Origin: an uncultured Salinivenus sp.
GTDB taxonomy: Bacteria > Bacteroidota > Rhodothermia > Rhodothermales > Salinibacteraceae
DNA length: 56,079 bases
Direction of reading: 5' to 3'
NCBI GenBank assembly: GCA_964445365.1
Contig: CAYULG010000001.1
Coordinates: forward strand, 1 to 56,079
Shown here: positions 27,115 to 36,133 of the stretch, piece after piece
Layout of the letters: the number at the start of each line of letters is the position of its first letter
Numbering within the stretch: the stretch's first letter is position 1
The notes under the pieces: generated by a model
Seen by the model: only the letters and a program-made list of their open reading frames with translations
Database searches by the model: none
Told to the model about the DNA's origin: nothing
Translations under genes and position numbers: made by a program

Positions 27115-28719
27115 CTAGCCTAGAACCCTTTCGAGATTGGGGCCAGCGTTATGCACAGCACGGGAGACTTCGTCGGTGTATGTCTCGAAGTTCTCGGCGA
27201 ACATTCGGGCAAGTTCGCTGGCCTGGCGGTCGTAGGCCGCCGGGTCGTCCCACGTCTCCCGTGGAGAGAGGACGGCGGAGGACACACCGGGCACGGTGCG
27301 GGGGACCGAGACCCCGAAGACGCGATGTTCGTGCCGTTCGGTGTTTGCAAGTGTGCCGCTGAGGACCGCATCAACCATCGCCCGGGTATCGTCGAGGTCG
27401 ATTCGATGCCCGGTGCCGTAGGGCCCCCCGGTCAGGCCCGTGTTAATGAGCCAGCAGTCGGTGTCGTGTCTCCGCATCTTTTGTCCCAAGAGGTCGGCGT
27501 AGACGCTGGGATGACGCATCATGAACGGTTTGCCGAAGCAGGTGCTAAACGTGGCCTTGGGCTCGCTCACCCCGCGCTCCGTGCCGGCGACCTTTGCGGT
27601 GTAGCCCGAGAGAAAGTGGTACATTGCCTGTTCGGGCGATAGCTCAGAGACGGGCGGAAGGACCCCGAACGCGTCGTACGTTAGAAAAACAATGTGGGAG
27701 GGATGGTCGCCCCGGCCCGTTTCCGATGCGTTTGGGATGTAGGACAGCGGGTAGGAGCCCCTCGTATTCTGAGTGATGGCGTCGTCCGCAAAGTCGGGCT
27801 CCCGTGTCTCCGGGTCCACAATCACATTTTCGAGAATGGTCCCAAAGCGCTTCGTGGTGCTGTAAATTTCGGGTTCGCTCTCGGGCGTAATGTCGATCAT
27901 CTTGGCGTAGCATCCGCCTTCGAAGTTGTAAACCCCCTGGTCGCTCCAGGCGTGTTCGTCGTCCCCTATGAGGGTACGCTCGGCGTTGGCCGAAAGCGTC
28001 GTCTTTCCCGTTCCGCTGAGGCCGAAGAAGACAGCGGTCTCTCCGTCATCTCCTTTGTTTGCCGAGCAGTGCATAGGGAGCACGTTCTCCTCGGTGAGCA
28101 TGTAGTTGAGCACCGAGAAAATGGACTTTTTGATCTCGCCGGCGTAGTGGGTGCCCCCGATCAGCACGAGCCGCTGGTCAATGTCTATAAAAATAGCTGC
28201 CTCCGAGTTGGTGCCGTCGCGGGACGGATCGGCCTCAAACTCGCAGAGGTCGAGGACGGTGAAGCCGGGAGAGAAGGTCGACGGATCAACGTCCCGTCGC
28301 ACGAACATGTTGTGCGCGAAGAGGCTGTGCCAGGCCTTTTCGGTAATGATCCGCACAGGGAGGTGATAGTCTTGGTCCCAGCCGGCAAACAGGTCCTGTA
28401 CGAAAAGGTCTCGATCTTCGGCGTGAACCCCCATCCGCTGGTGCAGGTGGTTAAACGTCGCGCGGTCCGTTGGCTGATTTACGGCCCCCCAGTTGATCGT
28501 ATCGGCCACGCTCTCGTCTTTTACAACATAGCGATCGTTGGGGCTCCGGCCAGTGTGAGGATCGGTACGGACCACGAGCGGGCCGTCAGCGGCCAACTTG
28601 CCCTCGTCCCGAGTCAGCGCGGCCTCGTACAGACGAGCCGGGTCCAGATCATAGTACACGGTTCCGGGATTCAGGTCGAGGGCTTGCAGGTGATCGCGGA
28701 GCGAACTGGGAATGTTCAT
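27115..28719 (-). CDS. pckA: Phosphoenolpyruvate carboxykinase (ATP)
   Basis: TGRSP, YAGEIKK, MHCSAN, GLSGTGKTTLS, LIGDDEH, EGGCYAK. Confidence 0.98.
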   Translation of the reverse strand: MNIPSSLRDHLQALDLNPGTVYYDLDPARLYEAALTRDEGKLAADGPLVVRTDPHTGRSPNDRYVVKDESVADTINWGAVNQPTDRATFNHLHQRMGVHAEDRDLFVQDLFAGWDQDYHLPVRIITEKAWHSLFAHNMFVRRDVDPSTFSPGFTVLDLCEFEADPSRDGTNSEAAIFIDIDQRLVLIGGTHYAGEIKKSIFSVLNYMLTEENVLPMHCSANKGDDGETAVFFGLSGTGKTTLSANAERTLIGDDEHAWSDQGVYNFEGGCYAKMIDITPESEPEIYSTTKRFGTILENVIVDPETREPDFADDAITQNTRGSYPLSYIPNASETGRGDHPSHIVFLTYDAFGVLPPVSELSPEQAMYHFLSGYTAKVAGTERGVSEPKATFSTCFGKPFMMRHPSVYADLLGQKMRRHDTDCWLINTGLTGGPYGTGHRIDLDDTRAMVDAVLSGTLANTERHEHRVFGVSVPRTVPGVSSAVLSPRETWDDPAAYDRQASELARMFAENFETYTDEVSRAVHNAGPNLERVLG

Positions 28720-28936
28720 AAGATCGAGACCTTTTGAGCAATGTAGCGATCAGGAACAGGAAGCACATGTAATCGAGTGCACCCGTGAAAGCGCTTCCGA
28801 AAAGAGTACACAAAGGCTAATCATCCCGTTTGAAAATTGCTGTGAACTATTTGTTGTACTTCCGGAATTTTGGAAATCGCGCCCACCCGATTTCGTGAAG
28901 GCGAACGCGGTTTGGTAAATCACTGTGGAAAACTGA

Positions 28937-29809
28937 ATGACGCTTTCGTCGCCGGACGATCCTGAGTCGTGGTGGGTCGGGCTCGCCTACGACCCGCTTC
29001 CGATTGGAGGGATCGCCGTGGCGCTTCTCCTTGGGACGTACGCGCTCCTGCAACTCTCCCCGTCGCTCCCCCTGCTGATAACGGGGTTCTGCGGAGCCGC
29101 TCTCGTCTATGGGGTCGATCGAGCCGTTGTGCCTTCCCCGGAAGATGCTCTGAATCATCCCCAGCGGCGTCGGTGGTACAGAGACTACCGGCCCTGGGTC
29201 GTGGGAGAGGTGGGGAGCCTGGTGATCGTTGGAGGGGGGGCACTGACGTACCTCCGGCCGAGGACCCTCTGCGCTGCTGGGGGATTGGCTGCACTCATCG
29301 CGCTTCATCTGGTGCCGATGGGGCACTGGGGGCGTCCCTTGAAGTCACTGGGACTGGGGAAACCCCTCGTCGTAGCGGGTGCGTGGGCGCTCGGGGCCAC
29401 CCTCTTGCCGGCCCTTGAGGCGGGCCAGGCAGGCGACTACGAGGTGTGGGGGCTGGCCGGCTACCGCCTGTTGTTCATTCTCCCCAATGTGTTGATGGCG
29501 GATTGGGGCGACCGGCGTGGCGATGTGGCAAGCGGGGTTCATCCCTGGACACGGAACCGAACCGGACATCGGCTGCGGTGGACCGCCACGGGGCTTTTAG
29601 GCCTGGCTACCGGGAGCGCGCTTCTTGCTTCTTCGGTGGCCCCAGTACCCGTTCTCCTCTGGGTGGATGCTGTGGGTCCCCTTCTTCTAATGGGTGCAGT
29701 GTGGGCCCTTTCGCCAAACCGTCCCGGCGCCCGGTTGGTGATGGACGGGCTGGTGGGCTGGCCGCTGGTGACGGCGCTTGCCGCCTGGGGGCTCAGCGGC
29801 CTCGGATGA
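28937..29809 (+). CDS. Membrane protein, UbiA-prenyltransferase-like
   Basis: Multi-TM; YGVDR...EDALN and DWGDRRGD acidic motifs. Confidence 0.65.
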   Translation: MTLSSPDDPESWWVGLAYDPLPIGGIAVALLLGTYALLQLSPSLPLLITGFCGAALVYGVDRAVVPSPEDALNHPQRRRWYRDYRPWVVGEVGSLVIVGGGALTYLRPRTLCAAGGLAALIALHLVPMGHWGRPLKSLGLGKPLVVAGAWALGATLLPALEAGQAGDYEVWGLAGYRLLFILPNVLMADWGDRRGDVASGVHPWTRNRTGHRLRWTATGLLGLATGSALLASSVAPVPVLLWVDAVGPLLLMGAVWALSPNRPGARLVMDGLVGWPLVTALAAWGLSGLG

Positions 29810-29910
29810 AAGAGGGAACCTGAGACTGCGACCCTGTATCACGAGGACGGTGCTGGGCCGCCTCGCCCGACCGATTTCATCAGTTTGCTTACCCAATTCC
29901 CGAATTCCGC

Positions 29911-31452
29911 ATGTCCGAGCCGGAGACCGCCTCCCCCGACCGCCCGATTGAAGACTTCACCCGCATCGAAGCCCTTGAGGACCACGTCGACGAGACCGTG
30001 ACCCTGAAGGGCTGGCTCCACAATAAACGGGGGTCCGGCGGTATCAAATTCCTCATCCTTCGCGACGGCTCCGGCTTTGTGCAGTGCGTGGTCGCGCAGG
30101 ATGGGGTCGACGAGGACAGCTGGGCGGCGGCCGACGATGTGCGGCAGGAGGCCGCGATAGAAGTTGTCGGCTCCGTCAGCGAAGACGATCGAGCGCCGGG
30201 CGGCTACGAGCTTCAGGTCGACTCCGTGGCCCCGATCGGCGAATCCGGCGATTACCCCGTGACGCCCAAAGAGCACGGCATCGACTTCCTGATGAACCAC
30301 CGCCACCTCTGGCTCCGCAGCGAGAGCCAGTGGGCCGTCATGCGTATTCGCAACCGCACGATCCGGGCAATCCACGAGTTCTTCCAGGACCGGGGCTTTT
30401 TGCAGACCGATGCGCCCATTCTTACGGGGAACGCGGTGGAGGGGACCTCAACGCTTTTTGAACTCGATTACTTCGAGGATGAGCAGGCCTACCTCACCCA
30501 GAGCGGCCAACTGCACGGGGAGGCCATGGCCATGGCGTACGGCAAGGTTTACACCTTTGGCCCCACGTTTCGCGCGGAGAAGTCCGACACGCGACGCCAC
30601 CTCACGGAGTTCTGGATGATCGAGCCGGAGATGGCCTTCTACGACCTGGAGATGAACATGCAACTGGCCGAAGACTTTCTGAGCCACATCGTGCAGACGG
30701 TGCTAGATGACTGTGAGGATGAGTTGGCGGCGCTTGATCGCGACACGAGCGCCCTCAACCGGGTTGAGACGCCTTTTCCACGCATTAGCTACGACGAGGC
30801 CGTCGAGATCCTTCGCAGCGACGAGACGGTCGACATGATCGATGAACAAATGGACGCCCTGCGCGAGGAGAAGGCGGAGCTTCAGGAGGAGAAGGAGGAA
30901 AACCAACGGCGTCGCGGACAGGCCAAGAAGCATGTGAAGCGCGAGATCGACGCCCGCGACATTGAAATCAACAAGCGGATCGATGAGATCGAAGAGTCGC
31001 TGCGCAACCTGCCGGACTGGAAAGAATCCGCCCAGACCTTCGAGTGGGGTACCGACTTTGGCGGGAGCGACGAGACGGTGCTCACCTGGCACTTTGACCG
31101 TCCGGTGATGGTGCACCGCTTCCCCGCGAAGATCAAGGCCTTCTACATGAAGCGCGACCCCGACGATGACCGACTGGCGATGGGTGTGGACGTCCTTGCC
31201 CCTGAGGGCTACGGTGAGATCATCGGCGGGGGCGAGCGAGCCACCGACATCGACTATCTGAAGGAACAGATCGACGCGCACGACCTGCCGGAAGACGTTT
31301 TCGACTGGTACCTCGATCTCCGCAAATTTGGCGCAGTCCCCCACAGCGGATTTGGGCTTGGGCTGGAGCGGACGATTTCCTGGCTCACTGGACGGGAGCA
31401 CGTACGGGAAACGATCCCCTTTCCTCGGACGATTGGGCGGTTGCACCCGTAA
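29911..31452 (+). CDS. asnS: Asparagine--tRNA ligase
   Basis: OB fold LRDGSG, YLTQSGQL, FRAEKSDTRRHLTEFWMIEPE, GEIIGG, PHSGFGLGLER. Confidence 0.95.
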   Translation: MSEPETASPDRPIEDFTRIEALEDHVDETVTLKGWLHNKRGSGGIKFLILRDGSGFVQCVVAQDGVDEDSWAAADDVRQEAAIEVVGSVSEDDRAPGGYELQVDSVAPIGESGDYPVTPKEHGIDFLMNHRHLWLRSESQWAVMRIRNRTIRAIHEFFQDRGFLQTDAPILTGNAVEGTSTLFELDYFEDEQAYLTQSGQLHGEAMAMAYGKVYTFGPTFRAEKSDTRRHLTEFWMIEPEMAFYDLEMNMQLAEDFLSHIVQTVLDDCEDELAALDRDTSALNRVETPFPRISYDEAVEILRSDETVDMIDEQMDALREEKAELQEEKEENQRRRGQAKKHVKREIDARDIEINKRIDEIEESLRNLPDWKESAQTFEWGTDFGGSDETVLTWHFDRPVMVHRFPAKIKAFYMKRDPDDDRLAMGVDVLAPEGYGEIIGGGERATDIDYLKEQIDAHDLPEDVFDWYLDLRKFGAVPHSGFGLGLERTISWLTGREHVRETIPFPRTIGRLHP

Positions 31453-31634
31453 GGACTCGCGCCTCCCCGTCGCTTGGTACTTTTTGTTCTCGCCATCTCA
31501 AGGAAATGGCCTGGGCTGCTGATCTGAGAATACGGAGCCTCGCAGTGTCTTTGGAAGGAGGCAGAAGGGAAAATAATTGCTTCTTGGATCCGTTTAGAAG
31601 TTGAATAGGCTGATCATTTGTCGACCCTTCTTCC

Positions 31635-32369
31635 ATGTCTCGTTTCTTTAGAGGACTCTCTCTTTTTCTCGTTTCGGTATTGCTGGCGGTTCCGTGTCAG
31701 GCCCAGTCGAACGCCGGGACGGATCGGACCGTGCGGGTTGGTGGCGAGGCGACGGTGAGTGCCGTCCCGGACGAGGCCACCGTCCGATTCGGCGTTGTGT
31801 CCAAAGCCGAGACGGCAGAGTCGGCGCGTCAGCAAAACGCCGAGGCAGCGAAGAACGCGATGAATGCCGTCCGCCAGTTGGAGGTCCCCGAGTCCAAGAT
31901 GCGCATGGAATCCTTGCGCCTCCAGCCCCGCCGAGAATACAACCCGCAGACGAAGACCCGCGAGGAGAAAGGTTTTGAGGCCACGCGGGAGGTAGTGGTT
32001 GAGCTGTCGACCCTGGAGACTCTGCCACGCCTCGTCGCGAAGGTGGTGCAGCGTGGAGCGAATCGGCTTGAGGGAATTCGGTACGGACTGAGTGATCGAA
32101 CAATCAAGCGGGATGAAGCCCTCCAGCAGGCGGCGACCAGCGCCCGGGAGAAGGCTCGCCTGCTGGCCTCTACGCTCGATTCATCGTTGGGGGCCGTCCG
32201 TCAGATCACCGAGCAGGATTTTCGCACAGACAGACCGCAGCCGCGTGTCCAGCGGGCTTTTGCCAAGTCGGCAGAGAGCGATGCAGAGCCGGAGCCGGAC
32301 GCGTTTGCCGCCGGGGAGATTGAAATCTCCGCTCAGGTTGAGGTGATCTTCGACCTGCTTGAAGAGTAG
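31635..32369 (+). CDS. SIMPL (DUF541) domain exported protein
   Basis: Signal peptide, VGGEATVSAVPD, GANRL, AREKA, GEIEISAQVEVIF. Confidence 0.9.
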   Translation: MSRFFRGLSLFLVSVLLAVPCQAQSNAGTDRTVRVGGEATVSAVPDEATVRFGVVSKAETAESARQQNAEAAKNAMNAVRQLEVPESKMRMESLRLQPRREYNPQTKTREEKGFEATREVVVELSTLETLPRLVAKVVQRGANRLEGIRYGLSDRTIKRDEALQQAATSAREKARLLASTLDSSLGAVRQITEQDFRTDRPQPRVQRAFAKSAESDAEPEPDAFAAGEIEISAQVEVIFDLLEE

Positions 32370-32581
32370 TCTTGGAGGAGAGTCGTTGGATGCTCGTCAA
32401 GCCCGACGGGACGTCCAGTGGTGCTTTATGCATGTATCCTGAGACCAGAGGGTGCTCTTCTGAGTGAAAAGATTCGATTCAGTAGCTAAAGCCACGCCGG
32501 CTCACGAATCATGTATCACGCCCGAATCGATACGTTCGCACCGGAAAATGAGGGCAATACGGCTGTTGCCACCTCGTTCGG

Positions 32582-33445
32582 TCAAGATATCCGTTCCTCC
32601 AGCCACGTGCCGAGATCTCGGAGCACCTCGTCCTTCTCGGGCTCGTTGAACGTTTCGTGGTAGAGCCCGTCGTAGAGTTCGATCGTTTTATCGTCGGCCG
32701 CGGCACGGTCGTAGAGATGCCGACTCCAATCGGGGTTTGTGAGGGAGTCGGCGGTTCCGTGAATGACGAGGAATGGGTCTGTAAGAGCATCCAAGCGCGC
32801 CCGCACGTCTGCGCCGGCCCGCAGAAGTTCGGCCCCCGTGCGGGCGAGGACGCGGCCGTGATAGTTGAGCGGATCGTTCTCCGCCTCCGCCACCACGTCG
32901 GGATCGCGCGAGATCGCGTCGTCTGGGGAACGGGTGGTGGGAAGAGTCGGGAAGAGGCGTCCGATGATCTGAGCGATCCGACGCAGGAGAGGGGCGAGGT
33001 CTGGGTTGACTTCGAGGGCGGGTGCACTGAGGAGCAACCCGTCGAGGGAGGGAGACCGGTCCAGCACGTACTTCAGCACGACCAGGCCGCCCATGCTGTG
33101 TCCGAAGAGGAAAAGGGGAAGGTCGGGTTCTTGCGTTCGTACGCCCTCGAGAAACTGCTCGAGGTCGTCGATGTAGCGCTCGAAGGAGTCAACGTATCCT
33201 TGACGGCCCTCGGAGTGGCCGTATCCCCGCTGGTCGTAGGCATAAACCACCGCCCCCTGCTCCGTCAACGTTTGTGCCACGTGGTCGTACCGACCGCTGT
33301 GCTCGGCGTACCCGTGGACCAGTCCGACTACGGCACGGGGAGCGGAGGAGGGCCACCACGCCCGGGTGTAGAGACGGAGCCCGTCGTCGGTGACGAGATC
33401 GGGAAGAGGAGAATGGGAAGAACCGGACATCGGATCTGTGCTCAT
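32582..33445 (-). CDS. Lysophospholipase / monoglyceride lipase (alpha/beta hydrolase)
   Basis: HGYAEHSGRY, DQRGYG, GHSMGG, HGTAD, YHE. Confidence 0.92.
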   Translation of the reverse strand: MSTDPMSGSSHSPLPDLVTDDGLRLYTRAWWPSSAPRAVVGLVHGYAEHSGRYDHVAQTLTEQGAVVYAYDQRGYGHSEGRQGYVDSFERYIDDLEQFLEGVRTQEPDLPLFLFGHSMGGLVVLKYVLDRSPSLDGLLLSAPALEVNPDLAPLLRRIAQIIGRLFPTLPTTRSPDDAISRDPDVVAEAENDPLNYHGRVLARTGAELLRAGADVRARLDALTDPFLVIHGTADSLTNPDWSRHLYDRAAADDKTIELYDGLYHETFNEPEKDEVLRDLGTWLEERIS

Positions 33446-33607
33446 CGAGGGAAACTGTTTCGTCGTCAATACCAAAACCGATAGGCGGTGGCTCGCAGGT
33501 GAGGACCGGTGGCGGTTGGTAGGGACCGTTTTCCGAAGGTTGTGTTGCACAAAGCCTCGGCGTTGATCGTGACGCCGTGAATCCCCCACCAATTTGGCCA
33601 CTCCAGG

Positions 33608-33636
33608 TTGAGAGGAACAATTCGTACGAATACGTT
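33608..33636 (+). promoter_or_regulatory. Putative sigma70-type promoter for the uORF-secD-secF unit
   Basis: TTGAGA, 17 nt spacer, TACGTT, ending 42 nt upstream of ATG 33679. Confidence 0.45.
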
Positions 33637-33678
33637 ATTGCTGATGTCGTCGCTCACTGTTCGCGAACCCAGGGTCCA

Positions 33679-33933
33679 ATGGGCACTTTGCCGTTCATAT
33701 TTCAGGGCACGGGGCTTTTTGCTCTCTTGATGGGGGTGCTTCCGGCCGTTCGGGAGATGGCCCAGGAAACCCTGTCGCGAGCTCGCGAGCACTACGACGC
33801 CGGTCGTGGTGGGGAAGAGCTGATTCCTTCTGTAACTAGACTCGACCCGGCCGTTTTGTCCGCGTTCGTTCCCTCGGTTCCGACGGGGCGCCTTACCCGT
33901 CTCCTCGTCGATGCACGTCCGATGGGTCCGTAG
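33679..33933 (+). CDS. 84-aa leader ORF upstream of secD; candidate ribosome-arrest (secretion monitor) peptide
   Basis: Hydrophobic N-terminus (LPFIFQGTGLFALLMGVLPAV) and C-terminal ARPMGP-stop; same strand as secD, 177 nt upstream. Confidence 0.6.
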   Translation: MGTLPFIFQGTGLFALLMGVLPAVREMAQETLSRAREHYDAGRGGEELIPSVTRLDPAVLSAFVPSVPTGRLTRLLVDARPMGP

Positions 33934-34110
33934 CACCCGAAGGGCGATCCACCTCTTTCTGCTCTTCGCGAGGGACCGATTCGTTCTGTGCTTGATCGCG
34001 TGATGATCCCCCCATGTGCCCGACTTGCGCGTGGGCGACTCTGTGCGTGAGTTGGACCTGCGTCCCTCAGACGAGTATCCGATGATTGTTGAATTGAGTT
34101 ACCGACTGTA

Positions 34111-36066
34111 ATGCAGGGGAACGGATTTAAGCTTGGCCTTACGATATTCTTTGTTGGACTGTGCGGGTACTATCTCTTCCCATCGGTCCAGAACATGTAC
34201 ATCTCTTACCAGATGGACCAGATGGAGGCGTCCGAGCGCCAGGAGTACGTGGAGGAGAGTCGCCAGCGCATCGAAACCATTGAACAAAACTCGCTGAACC
34301 TCGGCCTCGATCTTCAGGGGGGAATGCACGCGACGATGGAACTGAGGGTGGAGGCACTGCTCGAACAACTTTCCACGAGGAAAGACGAAAACTTCCAGCA
34401 AATCCTCAGTGCGGCTGTCCAGCGAGCCGAAGCCGAAGACTTGACTGTCGTCGAGGCGTTTGTCCAGGAGTTTGAGTCTCGCAATCCGGATGGGCGACTT
34501 TCCCGCTACTTTCGCAATGAGTCGGAGGGCATCACGCGTCGGTCGTCCAACGACGAAGTGGAGACCTATTTGTCCAACCAAGTCGGGGACGCGGTCAGCA
34601 CGGCCATGGACATTGTCCGGAACCGCGTCAATCAATACGGTGTCACTGAGCCCTCCATCCAGAAGCAAGGCGCCCAGCGCCTTTCCGTTGAGCTTCCCGG
34701 CGTTGAAGACCAAAATCGAATGCGAGATTTGCTCGAAAGCGCCTCGCAACTCACCTTTCATCTGATGGCCGATCCGGACCGGGTACGCTCTGCCGTTCAA
34801 GCGATGATTGATTACTACGAGCCGACCGCTGAAGACTCGGCCCGATTGGCGGGGGGTGGGGCTGCCGACACCACGGACACGGGGACGATGGGGGAGGCCG
34901 ACACCACTGAAGCAGAGGCTACAGACTTGACGGCTGCCGGGCAGGGGCAAGACGACCCGTCTCAGCAGGGAACGTCATTGTCTGAATCCGACGAGGGAGA
35001 GCAGGCCGGGCCACAGAATCCCCTGCTCTCCGTCATGCAGCCCCTTCCTCGCCAGGGAGCGGCGACTGTCGGGTACGCCTCTGGGCGGGACACGTCTCGT
35101 GTGAATGAACTACTGAACGAGTCGGAGGTCACGGAGATGATTCCTCCGGGCGTTCAGTTTGTATGGACCGCCAACTCGTTACCTGGGAGCCAGGACACAT
35201 ACGAGTTGCTCGCACTTCGGGCGGACGCGGAGCTCACCGGAGAAGTCGTCACGAACGCCTCGGTTCAATTTTCCCGAAACACCAACGAGCCGGAAGTCGG
35301 AATGTCTATGAACTCGGAGGGCGCCCGGATCTGGGGGCGGCTGACGAAGGCGAACGTCGGAGAGCGAGTGGCCGTCGTGCTGGATGGAAAGGTGTATTCG
35401 GCCCCGAACATCGAAGAGCCGATCCTAGGGGGGCGGACGAGCATTAGCGGACTTGAAAGCCGACAGGAGGCACAAGACATTGTGACAATCCTCCGGTCCG
35501 GCTCCATGCGGGCCCCGATGGACATCATTCAAGAACGGACCGTGGGACCGAGTCTCGGAGCAGAATCGATTCGAGCGGGCTTCCTCTCCGTGACGGTTGG
35601 CTTCTTGCTCGTGGTGCTGTTTATGGTCCTGTATTACCGTACCGCCGGTCTCGTGGCCGATGTTGCGTTGCTGCTGAACTTGATTCTCATTCTCGGCATT
35701 CTTGCCGGCTTCAACGCAACGCTCACGCTGCCGGGGATTGCCGGTATTGTTTTGACAGTCGGTATGGCTGTGGATGCGAACGTGCTCATCTACGACCGGG
35801 TGCGTGAGGAGCAGGCAACCGGTAAAACCTTGAAAGCCGCGATCGCGGCGGGGTACGAAAACTCCCTTAGCGCGATCCTGGACGCCAACATCACGACGTT
35901 TTTCGTGGGCGTGATCCTGTATTCCTTTGGTGTCGGGCCCATACAGGGTTTTGCCGTTACTCTCATGGCTGGGATCTTGTCCTCACTCTTTACAGCCATC
36001 ATCGTGACCCGGCTCATCTTCGACTATATGGTCGAAGAGAAGAAGATGGAGGTCAGCTACGGATAG
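34111..36066 (+). CDS. secD: Protein translocase subunit SecD
   Basis: LGLDLQGG, RVNQYGVTEP, VELPG, VGPSLG, TLTLPGIAG, GMAVDANVLI, DANITT. Confidence 0.97.
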   Translation: MQGNGFKLGLTIFFVGLCGYYLFPSVQNMYISYQMDQMEASERQEYVEESRQRIETIEQNSLNLGLDLQGGMHATMELRVEALLEQLSTRKDENFQQILSAAVQRAEAEDLTVVEAFVQEFESRNPDGRLSRYFRNESEGITRRSSNDEVETYLSNQVGDAVSTAMDIVRNRVNQYGVTEPSIQKQGAQRLSVELPGVEDQNRMRDLLESASQLTFHLMADPDRVRSAVQAMIDYYEPTAEDSARLAGGGAADTTDTGTMGEADTTEAEATDLTAAGQGQDDPSQQGTSLSESDEGEQAGPQNPLLSVMQPLPRQGAATVGYASGRDTSRVNELLNESEVTEMIPPGVQFVWTANSLPGSQDTYELLALRADAELTGEVVTNASVQFSRNTNEPEVGMSMNSEGARIWGRLTKANVGERVAVVLDGKVYSAPNIEEPILGGRTSISGLESRQEAQDIVTILRSGSMRAPMDIIQERTVGPSLGAESIRAGFLSVTVGFLLVVLFMVLYYRTAGLVADVALLLNLILILGILAGFNATLTLPGIAGIVLTVGMAVDANVLIYDRVREEQATGKTLKAAIAAGYENSLSAILDANITTFFVGVILYSFGVGPIQGFAVTLMAGILSSLFTAIIVTRLIFDYMVEEKKMEVSYG

Positions 36067-36133
36067 CGCTGCCCTCTGATAGTAGTGTTTGCGAGTTCGA
36101 CCCTGACGTACTTACTACGACCGTCTGACTGCT

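Noticed and set aside
28720-28936. CRP-type site upstream of pckA
   Set aside because: Only a TGTGA half-site at 28841, with no matching TCACA at the right spacing.
33577-33678. Longer GTG-started version of the secD leader ORF
   Set aside because: The extension overlaps the predicted promoter and buries the hydrophobic segment; ATG 33679 fits better.
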